A stretch of 64,000 nt of DNA from Vicinamibacterales bacterium. GTDB taxonomy: Bacteria; Acidobacteriota; Vicinamibacteria; Vicinamibacterales; UBA2999. The stretch covers positions 320,919 through 384,918 of the forward strand of contig JBFWZN010000004.1 in NCBI GenBank assembly GCA_050185275.1. Reading direction: 5' to 3'. The first letter of the stretch is position 1; each line of letters starts with the position of its first letter. Positions 41,989-52,218 of this stretch are shown here, in pieces. The translations under genes were made by a program, and so were the position numbers. The notes below the pieces were generated by a model. The model ran no database searches and was not told the origin of the DNA. It saw only the letters and a list, made by a program, of their open reading frames with translations.

Positions 41989-42753
41989 CTAGGCCTGGCG
42001 CGCGGACGGCCGGCGGGGCGCCTGGAGCCCGAACCGCACGAGCATCACCCGGAACGACTCGGTCAGCGTCCCCCACCCATAGACGATCGATCCCTTGAGG
42101 GGATTGGAGGACATTTCCGGGAAGTAGCGGCAGTACGAGGGCGTCTCGCCGATCGAGCGACCGTCCTCCACCGCCTGCCCCACCAGCTCGAACCCCAGCT
42201 TGAAGTCGTCCGAGAACGCGTCGAGCGGCAGCTCCCGCACCCAGGCGCCGTCGTACACACGGAAGCCGGAGTGGAACTCGGACAGGCGGATGCCCATCAT
42301 GGCGCAGTTCAGGAACGTGAGGATCCGGTTGGCCACGAACTTCCACCAGGGCATGCCGTGCTCGAGCGCGCGTCGCGGGGGCAGGAAGCGCGAGCCGATG
42401 ACGATGGTGTCGCCGGTGGAACGGATCGCCTCGACCAGGGCGGGAATCTCGTCGGCCGGGTATTGGTCGTCGGGGTGGATCTCGACCACGTAGTCGGCGC
42501 CGGCGGCCACCGCCGTGCGGAAGCAGGTCTTGATGCTGCCGCCGAAGCCGCGATCCACGGGATGCCGGACCACGGTGATGCCCAGGCGCTCGGCGATGGC
42601 GACGGTGGCGTCGCGGCTGGCGTTGTCCACCAGGATCACCTCGTGCACCGCACCTGGCGGAATCTTGCGGAACGTGGACTCGAGGGTGGCGGCGCTGTTG
42701 CGCGCGGGCATGACCGCCACGACGCGGGGATGCGCGGATGTGTGCTGAACCAT
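41989..42753 (-). CDS. Family 2 glycosyltransferase (GT-A fold)
   Basis: VVAVMPARNSAATLE, VDNASRDAT; start set to ATG 42753. Confidence 0.85.
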   Translation of the reverse strand: MVQHTSAHPRVVAVMPARNSAATLESTFRKIPPGAVHEVILVDNASRDATVAIAERLGITVVRHPVDRGFGGSIKTCFRTAVAAGADYVVEIHPDDQYPADEIPALVEAIRSTGDTIVIGSRFLPPRRALEHGMPWWKFVANRILTFLNCAMMGIRLSEFHSGFRVYDGAWVRELPLDAFSDDFKLGFELVGQAVEDGRSIGETPSYCRYFPEMSSNPLKGSIVYGWGTLTESFRVMLVRFGLQAPRRPSARQA

Positions 42754-42769
42754 CACGGGTGGCCACCGA

Positions 42770-43705
42770 TCATACCGGATGCCCACCGCCCGGGCGCCGC
42801 GCGGAACTGCCGAACACCTGGTCGCGGGCGGCGCTGGTGATGGCGAGCACGCCGGGATGTTTCACGCGACGCTCCGCGGAGATCGCGTAGTAGCGCTCGA
42901 CGACCCCCGACGTCTGCCCCACCATCTTCACGCCGTAGAGACGACAGACCTCGTCGGCGATCGCCACGGGGGCGGGAAACACCATGCCGACCTCCCGCCC
43001 GAAGACCTTCATCAGGGCACTGTCCTCGAACTCCGCCATCAGCTGCGGGTGCAGCCCCTCCCGCTCGAACCAGTGATCCAGATCCCGCCGGACGAGCGTG
43101 TTCGACGTCGGGAGCAGGATGGGCACGCCATCGAGCGAGGCCGGGAAGCGACGCGCGAGCTTCCGCGCGATGGCCGCGGGTGCGAAGAACGCGGTGGCCG
43201 ACTCACCGAGCAGGTGGTTGAACACCTTGACCCGCACATGGGGAGGCGCGGGGACGTCCGCGATCACGACGTCGAGACTGTGCGTGGCGAGCCGGGCCAC
43301 GAGCTGTTCGGGATTGTCCTCCAGGCAGACTAGACGCACGCGATCGTCGCCTTCGAACGCCGGTCGCAGCAGCTTCTGCACCACGAGCTTCGGGACCGCG
43401 TTGGCGACGCCCACCGTGAGCTGCACCGGCCGGCCCGCCGGGCGGCCTCGGAGGGTCTCCACGAGTTCACGCCCGATGCCGAAGATCTCGTCCGCGTATC
43501 CGAACACGACCTGGCCGACGTCGGTCAGCACCAGCCGCCTGCCTTGTCGGTCGAACAGGCGCTGGCCGAGCGAGGCCTCCAGCGTCCGGATCTGGGCGCT
43601 GATCGTGGGCTGCGACAGGCGGAGCTTCTCCGCCGCGCGACCGATGCCCCCTTCGCGGGCCACGGTCCAGAAATACAGCAGGTGGTGATAGTTGAGCCAC
43701 TCCAT
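42770..43705 (-). CDS. LysR-family transcriptional regulator (NhaR-like)
   Basis: N-terminal HTH YHHLLYFWTVAREGGIGRAAEKLRLSQPTISAQIRTLE. Confidence 0.85.
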   Translation of the reverse strand: MEWLNYHHLLYFWTVAREGGIGRAAEKLRLSQPTISAQIRTLEASLGQRLFDRQGRRLVLTDVGQVVFGYADEIFGIGRELVETLRGRPAGRPVQLTVGVANAVPKLVVQKLLRPAFEGDDRVRLVCLEDNPEQLVARLATHSLDVVIADVPAPPHVRVKVFNHLLGESATAFFAPAAIARKLARRFPASLDGVPILLPTSNTLVRRDLDHWFEREGLHPQLMAEFEDSALMKVFGREVGMVFPAPVAIADEVCRLYGVKMVGQTSGVVERYYAISAERRVKHPGVLAITSAARDQVFGSSARRPGGGHPV

Positions 43706-43827
43706 CGACGCCTCTCGATACTTCGCCCCAGCCTTAGTGAACGACTCAAATTATGTATTTTCTGTATGGGACTGCCACCCCGTATCGTCGGGACTCGCCA
43801 ATGGACGCCACACCACGGAGGCACCCG

Positions 43828-44154
43828 ATGCAGATGAAGATTCGCGGCCGCGAGGCCTCGCCCGGGATCCACGAGCATGCGCGGCGGCGGTTCGAGTTCG
43901 CGCTCAGCCGGTTCGGCGGGCGCATCCAGTCGCTCACCATCAGCCTCGCCGACCTCAATGGCCCACGGGGCGGTGTGGACAAGCGCTGCCTCGCCATCGT
44001 GCGACTCGTCGCCCGTGGCAGGACGGTGGTCGTGGAGGATACCGACGCCTCGCTGGCCGTGGCCGTGGATCGGGCGGCCGACCGCACCGGACGCGCCGTG
44101 GCGCGCGCCGTGCGTCCAGGGCTCGCGTGGAGCCCCGCGCCGATGCCGGGGTAA
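43828..44154 (+). CDS. Short HPF/RaiA-family ribosome-associated protein
   Basis: GGAGG 6 nt upstream of ATG 43828; MQMKIRGREASPGIHEHARRRFEFALSRF... fits the short HPF/RaiA-like family as recalled; divergent from the LysR gene across an AT-richer spacer. Confidence 0.6.
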   Translation: MQMKIRGREASPGIHEHARRRFEFALSRFGGRIQSLTISLADLNGPRGGVDKRCLAIVRLVARGRTVVVEDTDASLAVAVDRAADRTGRAVARAVRPGLAWSPAPMPG

Positions 44155-44557
44155 GCGGCACTCGCCGCGCCCATCCCTCCGCGTGGTGGACGCCGCCGGA
44201 TAGTCCGGCCCGCCGACTTCCTCGAACATCCCTCCGCCGGGCGGGTCTCCACCACCCCGCCCGGCTTCCTCGTCCCGTCCGGGCGCCTGCACCGGCGCGG
44301 GAATATCCCGCGGGTACCACGGGACATTTCGCGGCATTCGTTGCCCCCCGCCCCCACGCACGCGTGTGCACTTCTGCCCGTGGTGGTGTCCTTCTTGCTC
44401 CGTGTCCGAACGGCGCAGCGCATCCTCGCCTTCAGCCGACGGTCCTGATGAGGACGGCCTGCTGAAGACCGACCTGGCGAAGACCGGCCCTGGAGGCACG
44501 GCTGCTGATGGTCGGCCCCTCCGTGGGTGGAGGGAGGGTGGGCTGGCCCTGGAGGAC

Positions 44558-45921
44558 ATGCACATGCGGAGACGGGCAGCACCGGGGACGAGCGGCGCAG
44601 TGGCGGGCCTCGTGGCCGTGACGGTGGCCGCGGCGCTGGCCATGGGTGCGTGCAGCGGAGGCACCGACGCGCCCCCGGCCACCGCAGACGCCAGCCGTGG
44701 CGTGCCGCAGGCCGCGCACGGCGCGGCGGCGATGGCGTTCCAGCTGGCGGAGCTGGCGCGCCTGCTCCCCGGTCAGGACGAGACGCAGGTGCCGGCCGGC
44801 CTCGACTACGTCGTCTTCGATGCCGCGCAGCCCGCCGACAACGTCCTCACCGCGGAGCGCGTGGCGCTCGGCCGGAAGCTGTACTTCGACGTGCGGCTCT
44901 CGGCCGACGGCAGCGTGTCGTGCGCGACCTGCCACGACGTGACGCGCGGGTTCACCGACCAGCGCCCGACCTCGGAGGGCATCGGCGGGCAGATCGGCAA
45001 GCGCAACGCCCCGACGACGATGAACGTGGCCCTGCTGCAGACGCTCTTCTGGGACGGACGGTCGCCCTCACTCGACACCAGGCCACGCAGCCCATCGTCA
45101 ATCCCATCGAGATGGGACAGCCCGACGGGGACGCGGCCGTGCGGGCCATCGCCGACGACCCGGAGTACCAGCAGCAGTTCCAGGCCGCGTACGGGCGCGA
45201 GGTCAACTACATGGACATCGGACGTGCCCTGGGCGCCTTCGAACGCACCCTGGTGTTCATGGACTCGCCCTTCCGGCGATTCCTGCAGGGTGACGCCAGC
45301 GCGATCTCGGCCGGGGCGCGCGAGGGCTGGCGCCTGTTCAACGAGGAGGGGCGCTGCGTGACGTGCCATCCGCTCAACACGGGCAACCCCTTCGGTACGG
45401 ATAACCGATTTCACAACATCGGCGTCTCGGCGTCGCGGCAGGACTTCGAAACGCTGGCCGCCACCGCCCTGCGAGCGCTGGCCGAGGACCCGAGCGAGCA
45501 GAAGCTCGACGCGCTGGCCCTCGGGACCGACCTCGGCGAACTGGGCCGGTTCATGGTCACGCGCAACCGCTCGGACATCGGCAACTTCCGGACGCCGATC
45601 CTCGCCAACATCGGCATCACCGCTCCGTACATGCACGACGGCACGATGCCTACGCTCTGGGACGTGGTGGACCACTACAACAAGGGCGGCGAGGCCAACC
45701 TGTATCTCGACGGTGGTGTCGAGGCGCTGGCGCTCAGCGACCGGCAGATCGACGACCTGGTCGCGTTCCTCTTCAGCATGACCGACGACCGGTTCGCGGC
45801 GCAGAACGACGCGGCCCTGGCCGCCCAGCGCGCCGCGGCCGCGACCGAACGCCGGTTCCGTGACACGGCACTCGCCATGCGCGGGAAGCTGACGTTCGAA
45901 GACCGCATCACGGGACAGTAA
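44558..45921 (+). pseudogene. Di-haem cytochrome c peroxidase (CCP/MauG family) interrupted by a 1-nt frameshift near 45076
   Basis: Frame A: lipoprotein signal, CATCH, KRNAPTTMN, LFWDGRSPSLD; frame B continues HQATQPIVNPIEMG ... CVTCH ... YMHDG; the two halves are contiguous in CCP family order. Confidence 0.8.
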
Positions 45922-45931
45922 GGAGCAGCAG

Positions 45932-47059
45932 ATGGCAGCCAGGCACACGAGCGTCGAGACCAGGTGGATGCAGGACCGCGACCGGTTCTTCACGAGCCTG
46001 CGACGACTGGACCGGCGCGACTTCCTGCGGGTGTCGTCGGCCGCAGCCATCGCGGCGGCCGCCCGGAGCTTCGCTCCACCCGGCACGTTCCAGCCCGTCG
46101 CGCTCGCCTTCCAGGACGTCCCGTCCGGTGGAGCGCGGACGTTCCGGTTTGCCTACATCTCCGACTCGCACCTGTACGAACGCGACAAGAACGACCGGTT
46201 CGTCAAGGCGCTCATGCGGGCGGTGGACGACGTGAACCGGCTCGACCCGCAACCCGACTTCGTCTTCTACGGCGGCGACCTCGCGCAGCTGGGCAGCCCG
46301 CTCGAACTCGATCTCGGCGCGCAGATCCTCAGGAACCTCAAGGCGCCGCTGCGCATTATGGTCGGGGAACACGACTGGTACTTCGACATGGGCGAGAAGT
46401 GGCGCGAGCTGTTTGGCGAACCCACCGAGTCGTGGGACCAGGACGGCGTGCACTTCGTCAAGCTGATGAGCGTGCACGAGGAGGACTTCTGGACGGCGCG
46501 CGGCATGAGCCCGGCCGAGCGCATGCAGACCGTGGCCGGCCTCGACAACGGCGTGCAGCGGCCCTTCATGGTCGGTGCGGAGCAGCGCGCCTGGCTGGCC
46601 GACGACCTGGCCCGGCTGCCGACCAGCACGCCCCTCGTCGTGTTCTCGCACTCGCCGCTCTACAAGCTGTACCGGAACTGGAACTTCTGGACCGACGACG
46701 CGGACGAGATCCAGGCCATCCTGCGGCGCTTCGACAACGTGACCGTGGTGCACGGACACACGCACCAGATGCTGACCAACCGCATCGGCAACATCCACTT
46801 CCATGGCCTGCTGGCCACGGCCTGGCCCTGGCCGTATGCGCCGGAGGGCATGCCGGAGCTCACCATCCAGATGGCGCGCCCCGACCCGTTCAACCCGAAC
46901 GACGGCTGCGGGGACGGCGAGATTGCCGTGCACCCCGACGGGCTGATCGACATGGTCCACAACTTCTGGAACCGCAACCCGGTGACCGTCGCGCGCGAGT
47001 ACACGGCCAGCTGGGGCCGCCAGGCGGTACCGCCCGTGCCGACACGGCGGTCCTTCTGA
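45932..47059 (+). CDS. Tat-exported metallophosphoesterase
   Basis: AGGAG upstream; twin-arginine motif DRRDFLR; metallophosphoesterase blocks ISDSH, YGGDL, GEHD, FSHSP, HGHTH. Confidence 0.8.
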   Translation: MAARHTSVETRWMQDRDRFFTSLRRLDRRDFLRVSSAAAIAAAARSFAPPGTFQPVALAFQDVPSGGARTFRFAYISDSHLYERDKNDRFVKALMRAVDDVNRLDPQPDFVFYGGDLAQLGSPLELDLGAQILRNLKAPLRIMVGEHDWYFDMGEKWRELFGEPTESWDQDGVHFVKLMSVHEEDFWTARGMSPAERMQTVAGLDNGVQRPFMVGAEQRAWLADDLARLPTSTPLVVFSHSPLYKLYRNWNFWTDDADEIQAILRRFDNVTVVHGHTHQMLTNRIGNIHFHGLLATAWPWPYAPEGMPELTIQMARPDPFNPNDGCGDGEIAVHPDGLIDMVHNFWNRNPVTVAREYTASWGRQAVPPVPTRRSF

Positions 47060-47109
47060 TGGCCGCCGGGCGCCGACCGACGACGATTCCTGGAACGAGG
47101 AGGCCTTCC

Positions 47110-47778
47110 GTGCGCAACCGCTCCGTCATCGCCCCGCTCGCGTCGTCGGCTGCCTGGGTGGCCGTCGTGATCGTCGTCGCGTCGTGCACGCCGCCACCGG
47201 CGCCGACGATCGGCTCGGCGCCCGCGTCGCAGCCGTCAGCATCCTCGCCGACGGATGGCGCCGGGACCGCCACCTCTGGTCAGGCCCTGGCCGACACGCA
47301 CCTCACGCAGTGGAAGCTGCAGAATCCCGAGCGCGCCGGCGACTGGGTGGCTGAAGAGAAGGAGCGCCACGCCATCAAGCCGCCTTTCGACAATGCGTTC
47401 CTGCTCGAGGGCGGGTCGGGCGTGGGGCAGACCTACGCCCAGTTCAGCGCGGCCGACCTGCAGCTGTGGGCCCGCGAGACGGAAAAGCTGGTGGTCGAGG
47501 GCTCTCGCATCTTCCACAGCGCCGATGCGCTCGGCAGCACCGTGGGCGTCTCCTGCGACATGTGTCACCCGGACGCCGCCAACACGCACCCGGAAACCTA
47601 TCCCAAGTTCCAGGCACAGCTGGGTCGCGCCATCCTGCTGCGCGACATGATCAACTGGTGCATCCAGCAGCCGGTGCGGGGTGTCCGGCTCGACGACAGC
47701 TCGGCGAATCTGCGCGCCCTCGAGGCCTACATCTACGCGCAGCGCTCCGGCACGCCGCTCGCCTACGGCCGGCACTAG
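47110..47778 (+). CDS. Monohaem c-type cytochrome lipoprotein (C-terminal part reminiscent of SoxA-type cytochromes)
   Basis: GAGGAGG upstream of GTG 47110; lipobox VVASC; haem site CDMCH; the SoxA resemblance (LLRDMINWC...ALEAYIY) is from recall only. Confidence 0.65.
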   Translation: MRNRSVIAPLASSAAWVAVVIVVASCTPPPAPTIGSAPASQPSASSPTDGAGTATSGQALADTHLTQWKLQNPERAGDWVAEEKERHAIKPPFDNAFLLEGGSGVGQTYAQFSAADLQLWARETEKLVVEGSRIFHSADALGSTVGVSCDMCHPDAANTHPETYPKFQAQLGRAILLRDMINWCIQQPVRGVRLDDSSANLRALEAYIYAQRSGTPLAYGRH

Positions 47779-47789
47779 CACCGGGTGCG

Positions 47790-47933
47790 CTTCGGCGTCG
47801 CACTCCGGTCCGGTCCTCCGGCGCGACGACGTGCGAAAACGATGCTCCAGGGGACGCCCCTTGCGCATCGTTTTCCAGACTGGCGCTGTCACGTCGTGCG
47901 CAAGTCGGACCGGGCCGGAGTGCGACACCGAAG
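47790..47933 (-). repeat. Nested palindromic intergenic element, copy 3 of 3 (inverted relative to copies 1-2)
   Basis: The reverse complement aligns with copies 1-2 through ccggtccgacttgcgcacgacgtgacagcgccagtctggaaaacgatgcgcaagggg; between convergent genes ending at 47778 and 48014. Confidence 0.85.
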
Positions 47934-48013
47934 CGGGAATCGCGTTAGCGCCCGACGGCGTGTGGGCGCAGCGCGGCTTTCGGGCCGTTGGGTGAGGATG
48001 CGACGCGGCGGCG

Positions 48014-49258
48014 TCAGCAGTAGCCGGGCGGCACGTCGAGCAGGACACGCCGCGCCAGCAGCTCGTCCCACGCCGGGCCCACGCGTGCCGGGTCGAGTGC
48101 CCCGCCGGTGAGATCCCCGTGCACCGTCAGGCGCTCGGGAAGATAGCGGAGGACGGCGCGAAACTCGTCGGCATACTCCTCGGTTGGGAACCGGAGCGTG
48201 AGTTCCGACGTCTCGCCGCGCCGCTCCACGTGGTACAGCGGATTGACGACCACCGTGGCCGTCGCGGCCGGGCGCACCGGCGCCAGCGCATAGCGGCGGA
48301 AGACGGACGCGTCGCGACTGGCCACCAGGTCGAGCGCCGCCTCGCCCTCGAGCGCCTCGGGCACGACGTCGCGCGTGAGATCGACGGCGTGCTGATCGAG
48401 TAGCTGGTCCAGCATGGCCGAATCGCGAAAGAGGCGGGCGCCGTGAGGCGCGAAGAGATCGCGGTAGGTGGCCGGCGTCAGCGTCATGCCCGCGGTGTAG
48501 TTCTCACCGAGCGCGCTGTGCAGGTGCGGCATCACCACCAGGCCGTCCGCGCCGGCCGCCCGCATCATCTCCTCGGCGAGCAGGCGCCGGTTCCAGACGT
48601 ACGGAAAGGCGTCCGAGCACACGACCATGCCGAAGGCGCCCCGCGCGAAGGGCAGCGGGCTGCTGGCGTCACAGCACACCGCGTCGGCGGACGGGGCCGT
48701 GAAGCGCCTGGCCAGCCACAGCTTCCAGAAGTACAGATCGGCCACCACGGCCCGCGTCCCGGGCACGGCGCCGGCCAGCACCCGCGTCAGGTGTCCGGAT
48801 CCGCCGCAGACATCGAGCGTCCAGCTGCCGTGGGGCAGGCCGGCGCCGAGCGACCGCAGGAGCGCCTCGGCCACGAGGAACGTGGGGTCCGAGAAGCGAT
48901 ACACGAAGTACAGGCTCTCGGCATCCTGGCTGAGGAGCGCCAGGCCCTCCCGGTACGTCGCCCCAGGGCCCGCCGCGAGAAAGCCCCGGAAGGCATCGGC
49001 ACGGTCCCCGTCGAGATCGAGCAGGCGCATGAGTGCCGCGTCGGACTCGCCGGCCTCCAGCAGGCGGATCGCGTCCCGGGCCCGGTCGTCGGCGATCAGC
49101 ACGGGAATGCCGGCGACGACGGGAAAGGCACAGCACTCGCACCCGAGCACACCGGCCTCGATGCCGGACGGGGTGCGGACGAGCGCGTCGTGCTCCACGA
49201 CGTCCAGCGGAGACCCGCAGTGCGGGCAGCGGAGGCGCTCGAGCAGGTCTAGACGCAT
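48014..49258 (-). CDS. Class I SAM-dependent methyltransferase with N-terminal Trm112-like zinc ribbon
   Basis: Trimmed to ATG 49258; CPHCG...CECC; SAM motif I LDVCGGSGHL. Confidence 0.75.
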   Translation of the reverse strand: MRLDLLERLRCPHCGSPLDVVEHDALVRTPSGIEAGVLGCECCAFPVVAGIPVLIADDRARDAIRLLEAGESDAALMRLLDLDGDRADAFRGFLAAGPGATYREGLALLSQDAESLYFVYRFSDPTFLVAEALLRSLGAGLPHGSWTLDVCGGSGHLTRVLAGAVPGTRAVVADLYFWKLWLARRFTAPSADAVCCDASSPLPFARGAFGMVVCSDAFPYVWNRRLLAEEMMRAAGADGLVVMPHLHSALGENYTAGMTLTPATYRDLFAPHGARLFRDSAMLDQLLDQHAVDLTRDVVPEALEGEAALDLVASRDASVFRRYALAPVRPAATATVVVNPLYHVERRGETSELTLRFPTEEYADEFRAVLRYLPERLTVHGDLTGGALDPARVGPAWDELLARRVLLDVPPGYC

Positions 49259-50037
49259 GGCAATCGTTCGATGAAGGCGTCGCGCGCGGACGGAAGGGCC
49301 GCGCGGTGATAGTGCTCCACGCCGAGCAGGCGCGTGGCGGCGTCGGCCCGCATCCGGGCAAAGGGCCCGCCGGCCACCTGGGACCGGTGACACTGCAGCG
49401 CCTCCAGCTTGCGCGCCGCCACGTCGCGCACGTCGAGCACCAGCGTCGGCGGCGCGGCGAGCGCGCCGAATGCATCGGGATCGGTGATGCCGAGCACGGT
49501 CTCCCCCGGGGCCGCGCCGAACCGGCACGACTCGACGATGCGGCGCACCTGCCCTCCGGGCATGGTCACGTAGTAGAGCGCCGGAGCACGCTCGCCCAGC
49601 GCACCGACGGCGGCGGTGGTCCGCTCGTGCACCACGACGTGATCCGGATGCCAGTACAGCCCGTCGGCGCCGAAGGTGACGACGACGTCCGGGGACAATC
49701 GCTGCAGCTCCCGCACGAGCACGGCGTCGAACGCCTCGACGTCCACCCACGGCAGGTATCCGTCCGGGAGGTCGAGGTGCACCACCTCCGCGAGGCCCAG
49801 CACCCGGGCCGCCCGGGCCAGTTCCGCGACGCGCGTGTCTCCGAGCGCGGCGTCGGTGTCGCCAGCCCGCAGGTCGCCTCGGGTGGCACACACGAGCGTC
49901 ACCCGCGCGCCCCGCGCCGCACAGGCGGCCAGCAGGCCACCACTCGCCAGCGACTCGTCGTCCGGATGCGCGAAGACGGCCACGAGCGAGCGTCCGGCGA
50001 ACCCGTCCGCGCCCGGCGCGCCCACCTCAGGCCCCAT
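49249..50037 (-). CDS. PIG-L (LmbE) family deacetylase
   Basis: VFAHPDDESL and HPDH motifs; 10-nt overlap with the downstream gene. Confidence 0.85.
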   Translation of the reverse strand: MGPEVGAPGADGFAGRSLVAVFAHPDDESLASGGLLAACAARGARVTLVCATRGDLRAGDTDAALGDTRVAELARAARVLGLAEVVHLDLPDGYLPWVDVEAFDAVLVRELQRLSPDVVVTFGADGLYWHPDHVVVHERTTAAVGALGERAPALYYVTMPGGQVRRIVESCRFGAAPGETVLGITDPDAFGALAAPPTLVLDVRDVAARKLEALQCHRSQVAGGPFARMRADAATRLLGVEHYHRAALPSARDAFIERLPCV

Positions 50038-51109
50038 CGCGTCCTGCCCTCCCGGGCACCGACCGGGCACCGCGCGCCCGCGCCAGCACCTGGTGGTAGA
50101 CCGCCTCGTACGCCTCGACCATCCGCGCCACATCGAACCGGGCCTCGAAGCACCGCCGCACCTCGCGGCGATCCAGGGCCAGCACCCGGGGCAACCCGTC
50201 GACCAGGGCCTCCAGCGAGGCGAACACGCCCCCGCTGGCGCCGTCGTCCACGATCTCGCGCACCGCGCCGCGATCGAGGGCCGCCACGGGAGTGCCGCAC
50301 GCCATCGCCTCGATGAGCACCAGCCCGAACGGCTCGTCGGCCTGCACGGGGTACAGGAGCGCGCGCGCGCCGCCGAGCAGGGCCACCTTGCCGGCATGGT
50401 CGACCTCGCCGGCACAGACCACCTGCCGGCCGTCCACGAGCGGGCGGACGTGCGCGTCGTAGTACTCGTTCTCCGCCGCCGCCAGCACCAGCCGCAGGCC
50501 GGCGCGCGTCGCCACATCGATGGCCTGGAGCACGCCCTTGCCCTCGGTGAAGCGGCCGAGGAAGAGGACGTAGTCGTCCGGCTGCGCGCGGAACGGGAGC
50601 GCGGCAGGGTCCAGCCCGTGATGGACGACGCCAGCCACGTGGAGTCCGGCCAGGCGGGACGCCTGGTACGCGGAGATGGCCACGAAGGGCGCCGCCGGGT
50701 ACCTCGCCCAGAGCGCCACCTCCGACGGGTCCGGGTCGTGGTGGAGCGTCTGCACGAGGGGCGTCGCACACAGACGGGAGAACGCCAGGGCCATCGGCCA
50801 GTACATGGCCTGGCAGTGCACCAGATCGAAGTCCGCGGCGCGCTCGACCGCGGCCGCCACATTGAACAGCTCGCACGCTTCCCAGGGCCAGAGCGAGAGG
50901 TCCTCCGCGTAGCCCCGCGGAAAGGTCGCGTGCAGGGAGGCCGTCGTGCGGGACGTGCCCGTGGCGAAGAGCGTCACCTCGTGGCCGCGCGCGACGAGGC
51001 CGTCGGTGAGCTGGGCCGTCATCAGCTCCACCGAACTCGAGCGCGGAGGCGGCACCGACGTGGCCACCGGACCCACCTGCGCAATCCGCAGCGGCCGCCC
51101 TACCCGCAT
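50027..51109 (-). CDS. Family 4 glycosyltransferase (GT-B fold)
   Basis: C-terminal EPFGLVLIEAMACGTPV (EX7E-type) motif. Confidence 0.85.
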   Translation of the reverse strand: MRVGRPLRIAQVGPVATSVPPPRSSSVELMTAQLTDGLVARGHEVTLFATGTSRTTASLHATFPRGYAEDLSLWPWEACELFNVAAAVERAADFDLVHCQAMYWPMALAFSRLCATPLVQTLHHDPDPSEVALWARYPAAPFVAISAYQASRLAGLHVAGVVHHGLDPAALPFRAQPDDYVLFLGRFTEGKGVLQAIDVATRAGLRLVLAAAENEYYDAHVRPLVDGRQVVCAGEVDHAGKVALLGGARALLYPVQADEPFGLVLIEAMACGTPVAALDRGAVREIVDDGASGGVFASLEALVDGLPRVLALDRREVRRCFEARFDVARMVEAYEAVYHQVLARARGARSVPGRAGRDGA

Positions 51110-52218
51110 GCCACCTCGAGCAACGGGGCCAGGACGCGCGATGCCTCGAAGTGCTCACGCGCGATCTCGGTCGCGCCCCGCGCATGCTGGTCGCGGTCCG
51201 CCTCGATCCGGGCGAGTCCGTCCACCGCTTCTTCCGGTGTCGAGAAGGCGAGGAGCCCGTTGCCCGCCGGCAGGTGCGCGCTCCATCCGGTGTCCTGCAC
51301 GAGGGCCGGACGCCCCGCGGCGAGGTAGCACTCGGTGCGATCGCTGAACCAGCCCGAACGACGGGACACGTAGGCGTGCTTCGCCACGCCGAACTCGGCC
51401 ATCGAGCCCTGGATGAACGCACGGTAGTCCCACGGGGAGCGTGAGACCTGCATGGCGTCCACGGTGTGCCAGCCGTGGGCCCGCAGCAGGTCGCGCGGGC
51501 CGTTGACGGCCAGCTCGAAGCGCGCCGGGGTGCGCGACGGCAGATCGAGCAGCTTGAGGAACTCCCGATCCTTGTTGCCGTCCACGTCGGTGAAGCTCTC
51601 GATGCGCCAGGTCATCACCGTGGTGAAGCGGTCGCCCGCCGGGCGCGGCGTCGCCCACTGCTCGATAGTGACCGGCTGCCAGGTGTGGTGCCAGGTGAGG
51701 CCGCTGGTGGGCACGTCGCAGGCCGGTGTCCCGATGTTCGCCCCGAACGTGAACAGCGCGTCGAACCCGCGGAAGAACTCGACGTACCAGGGCTCGCCCT
51801 TCGCGATGGCCAGCTGGGTGAAGACCGGGTCGGAATCGATGAAGGCCTTGCGGGGAATCCGCGCGTACTCGTCGCGCCAGAACCAGGAACCGCCCGACAG
51901 GTTGATGTAGAGGTCCGCGTCACGGCAGAAGCGCAGCACGTCGTCCTTCGACATCCCGTGATAGGTGCCGTCGTAGTTCACGAAGCTCCAGTGCCGGCCC
52001 AGGCCGAACGGGTCGAGCGCCTGGTGGATGTAGCGCGTGCCGTAGCCCGGGTCCAGCGAGATCGCATCCTGATCGGGGTCGTAGATGCACTCGCCCGTGT
52101 CCTCGATGTAGAGCACCTCGTGACCGAGGGCCCGCAGGCCGAGCAGGTACATGAGCGAGCACCAGGTGACGCCACCAAACGGGTAGCGGGCGACGATGCC
52201 CGCGAAGACGACCTTCAT
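51100..52218 (-). CDS. GT-B-fold glycosyltransferase-like protein (CgeB-like C-terminal region)
   Basis: Trimmed to ATG 52218 (MKVVFAGIVARYPFGG...); operon context; family assignment tentative. Confidence 0.55.
   Translation of the reverse strand: MKVVFAGIVARYPFGGVTWCSLMYLLGLRALGHEVLYIEDTGECIYDPDQDAISLDPGYGTRYIHQALDPFGLGRHWSFVNYDGTYHGMSKDDVLRFCRDADLYINLSGGSWFWRDEYARIPRKAFIDSDPVFTQLAIAKGEPWYVEFFRGFDALFTFGANIGTPACDVPTSGLTWHHTWQPVTIEQWATPRPAGDRFTTVMTWRIESFTDVDGNKDREFLKLLDLPSRTPARFELAVNGPRDLLRAHGWHTVDAMQVSRSPWDYRAFIQGSMAEFGVAKHAYVSRRSGWFSDRTECYLAAGRPALVQDTGWSAHLPAGNGLLAFSTPEEAVDGLARIEADRDQHARGATEIAREHFEASRVLAPLLEVACG

Noticed and set aside
44155-44557. 400-nt gap upstream of the ccp gene, examined for a small gene or riboswitch.
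   Set aside because: Only shadow ORFs antisense to neighbouring genes are present. I could not recognise any known RNA motif or a convincing promoter, so it is left unannotated.
45070-45080. Programmed ribosomal frameshift in the ccp gene.
   Set aside because: There is no slippery heptamer or downstream structure at the junction. A simple 1-nt deletion or sequencing error is the simpler explanation.
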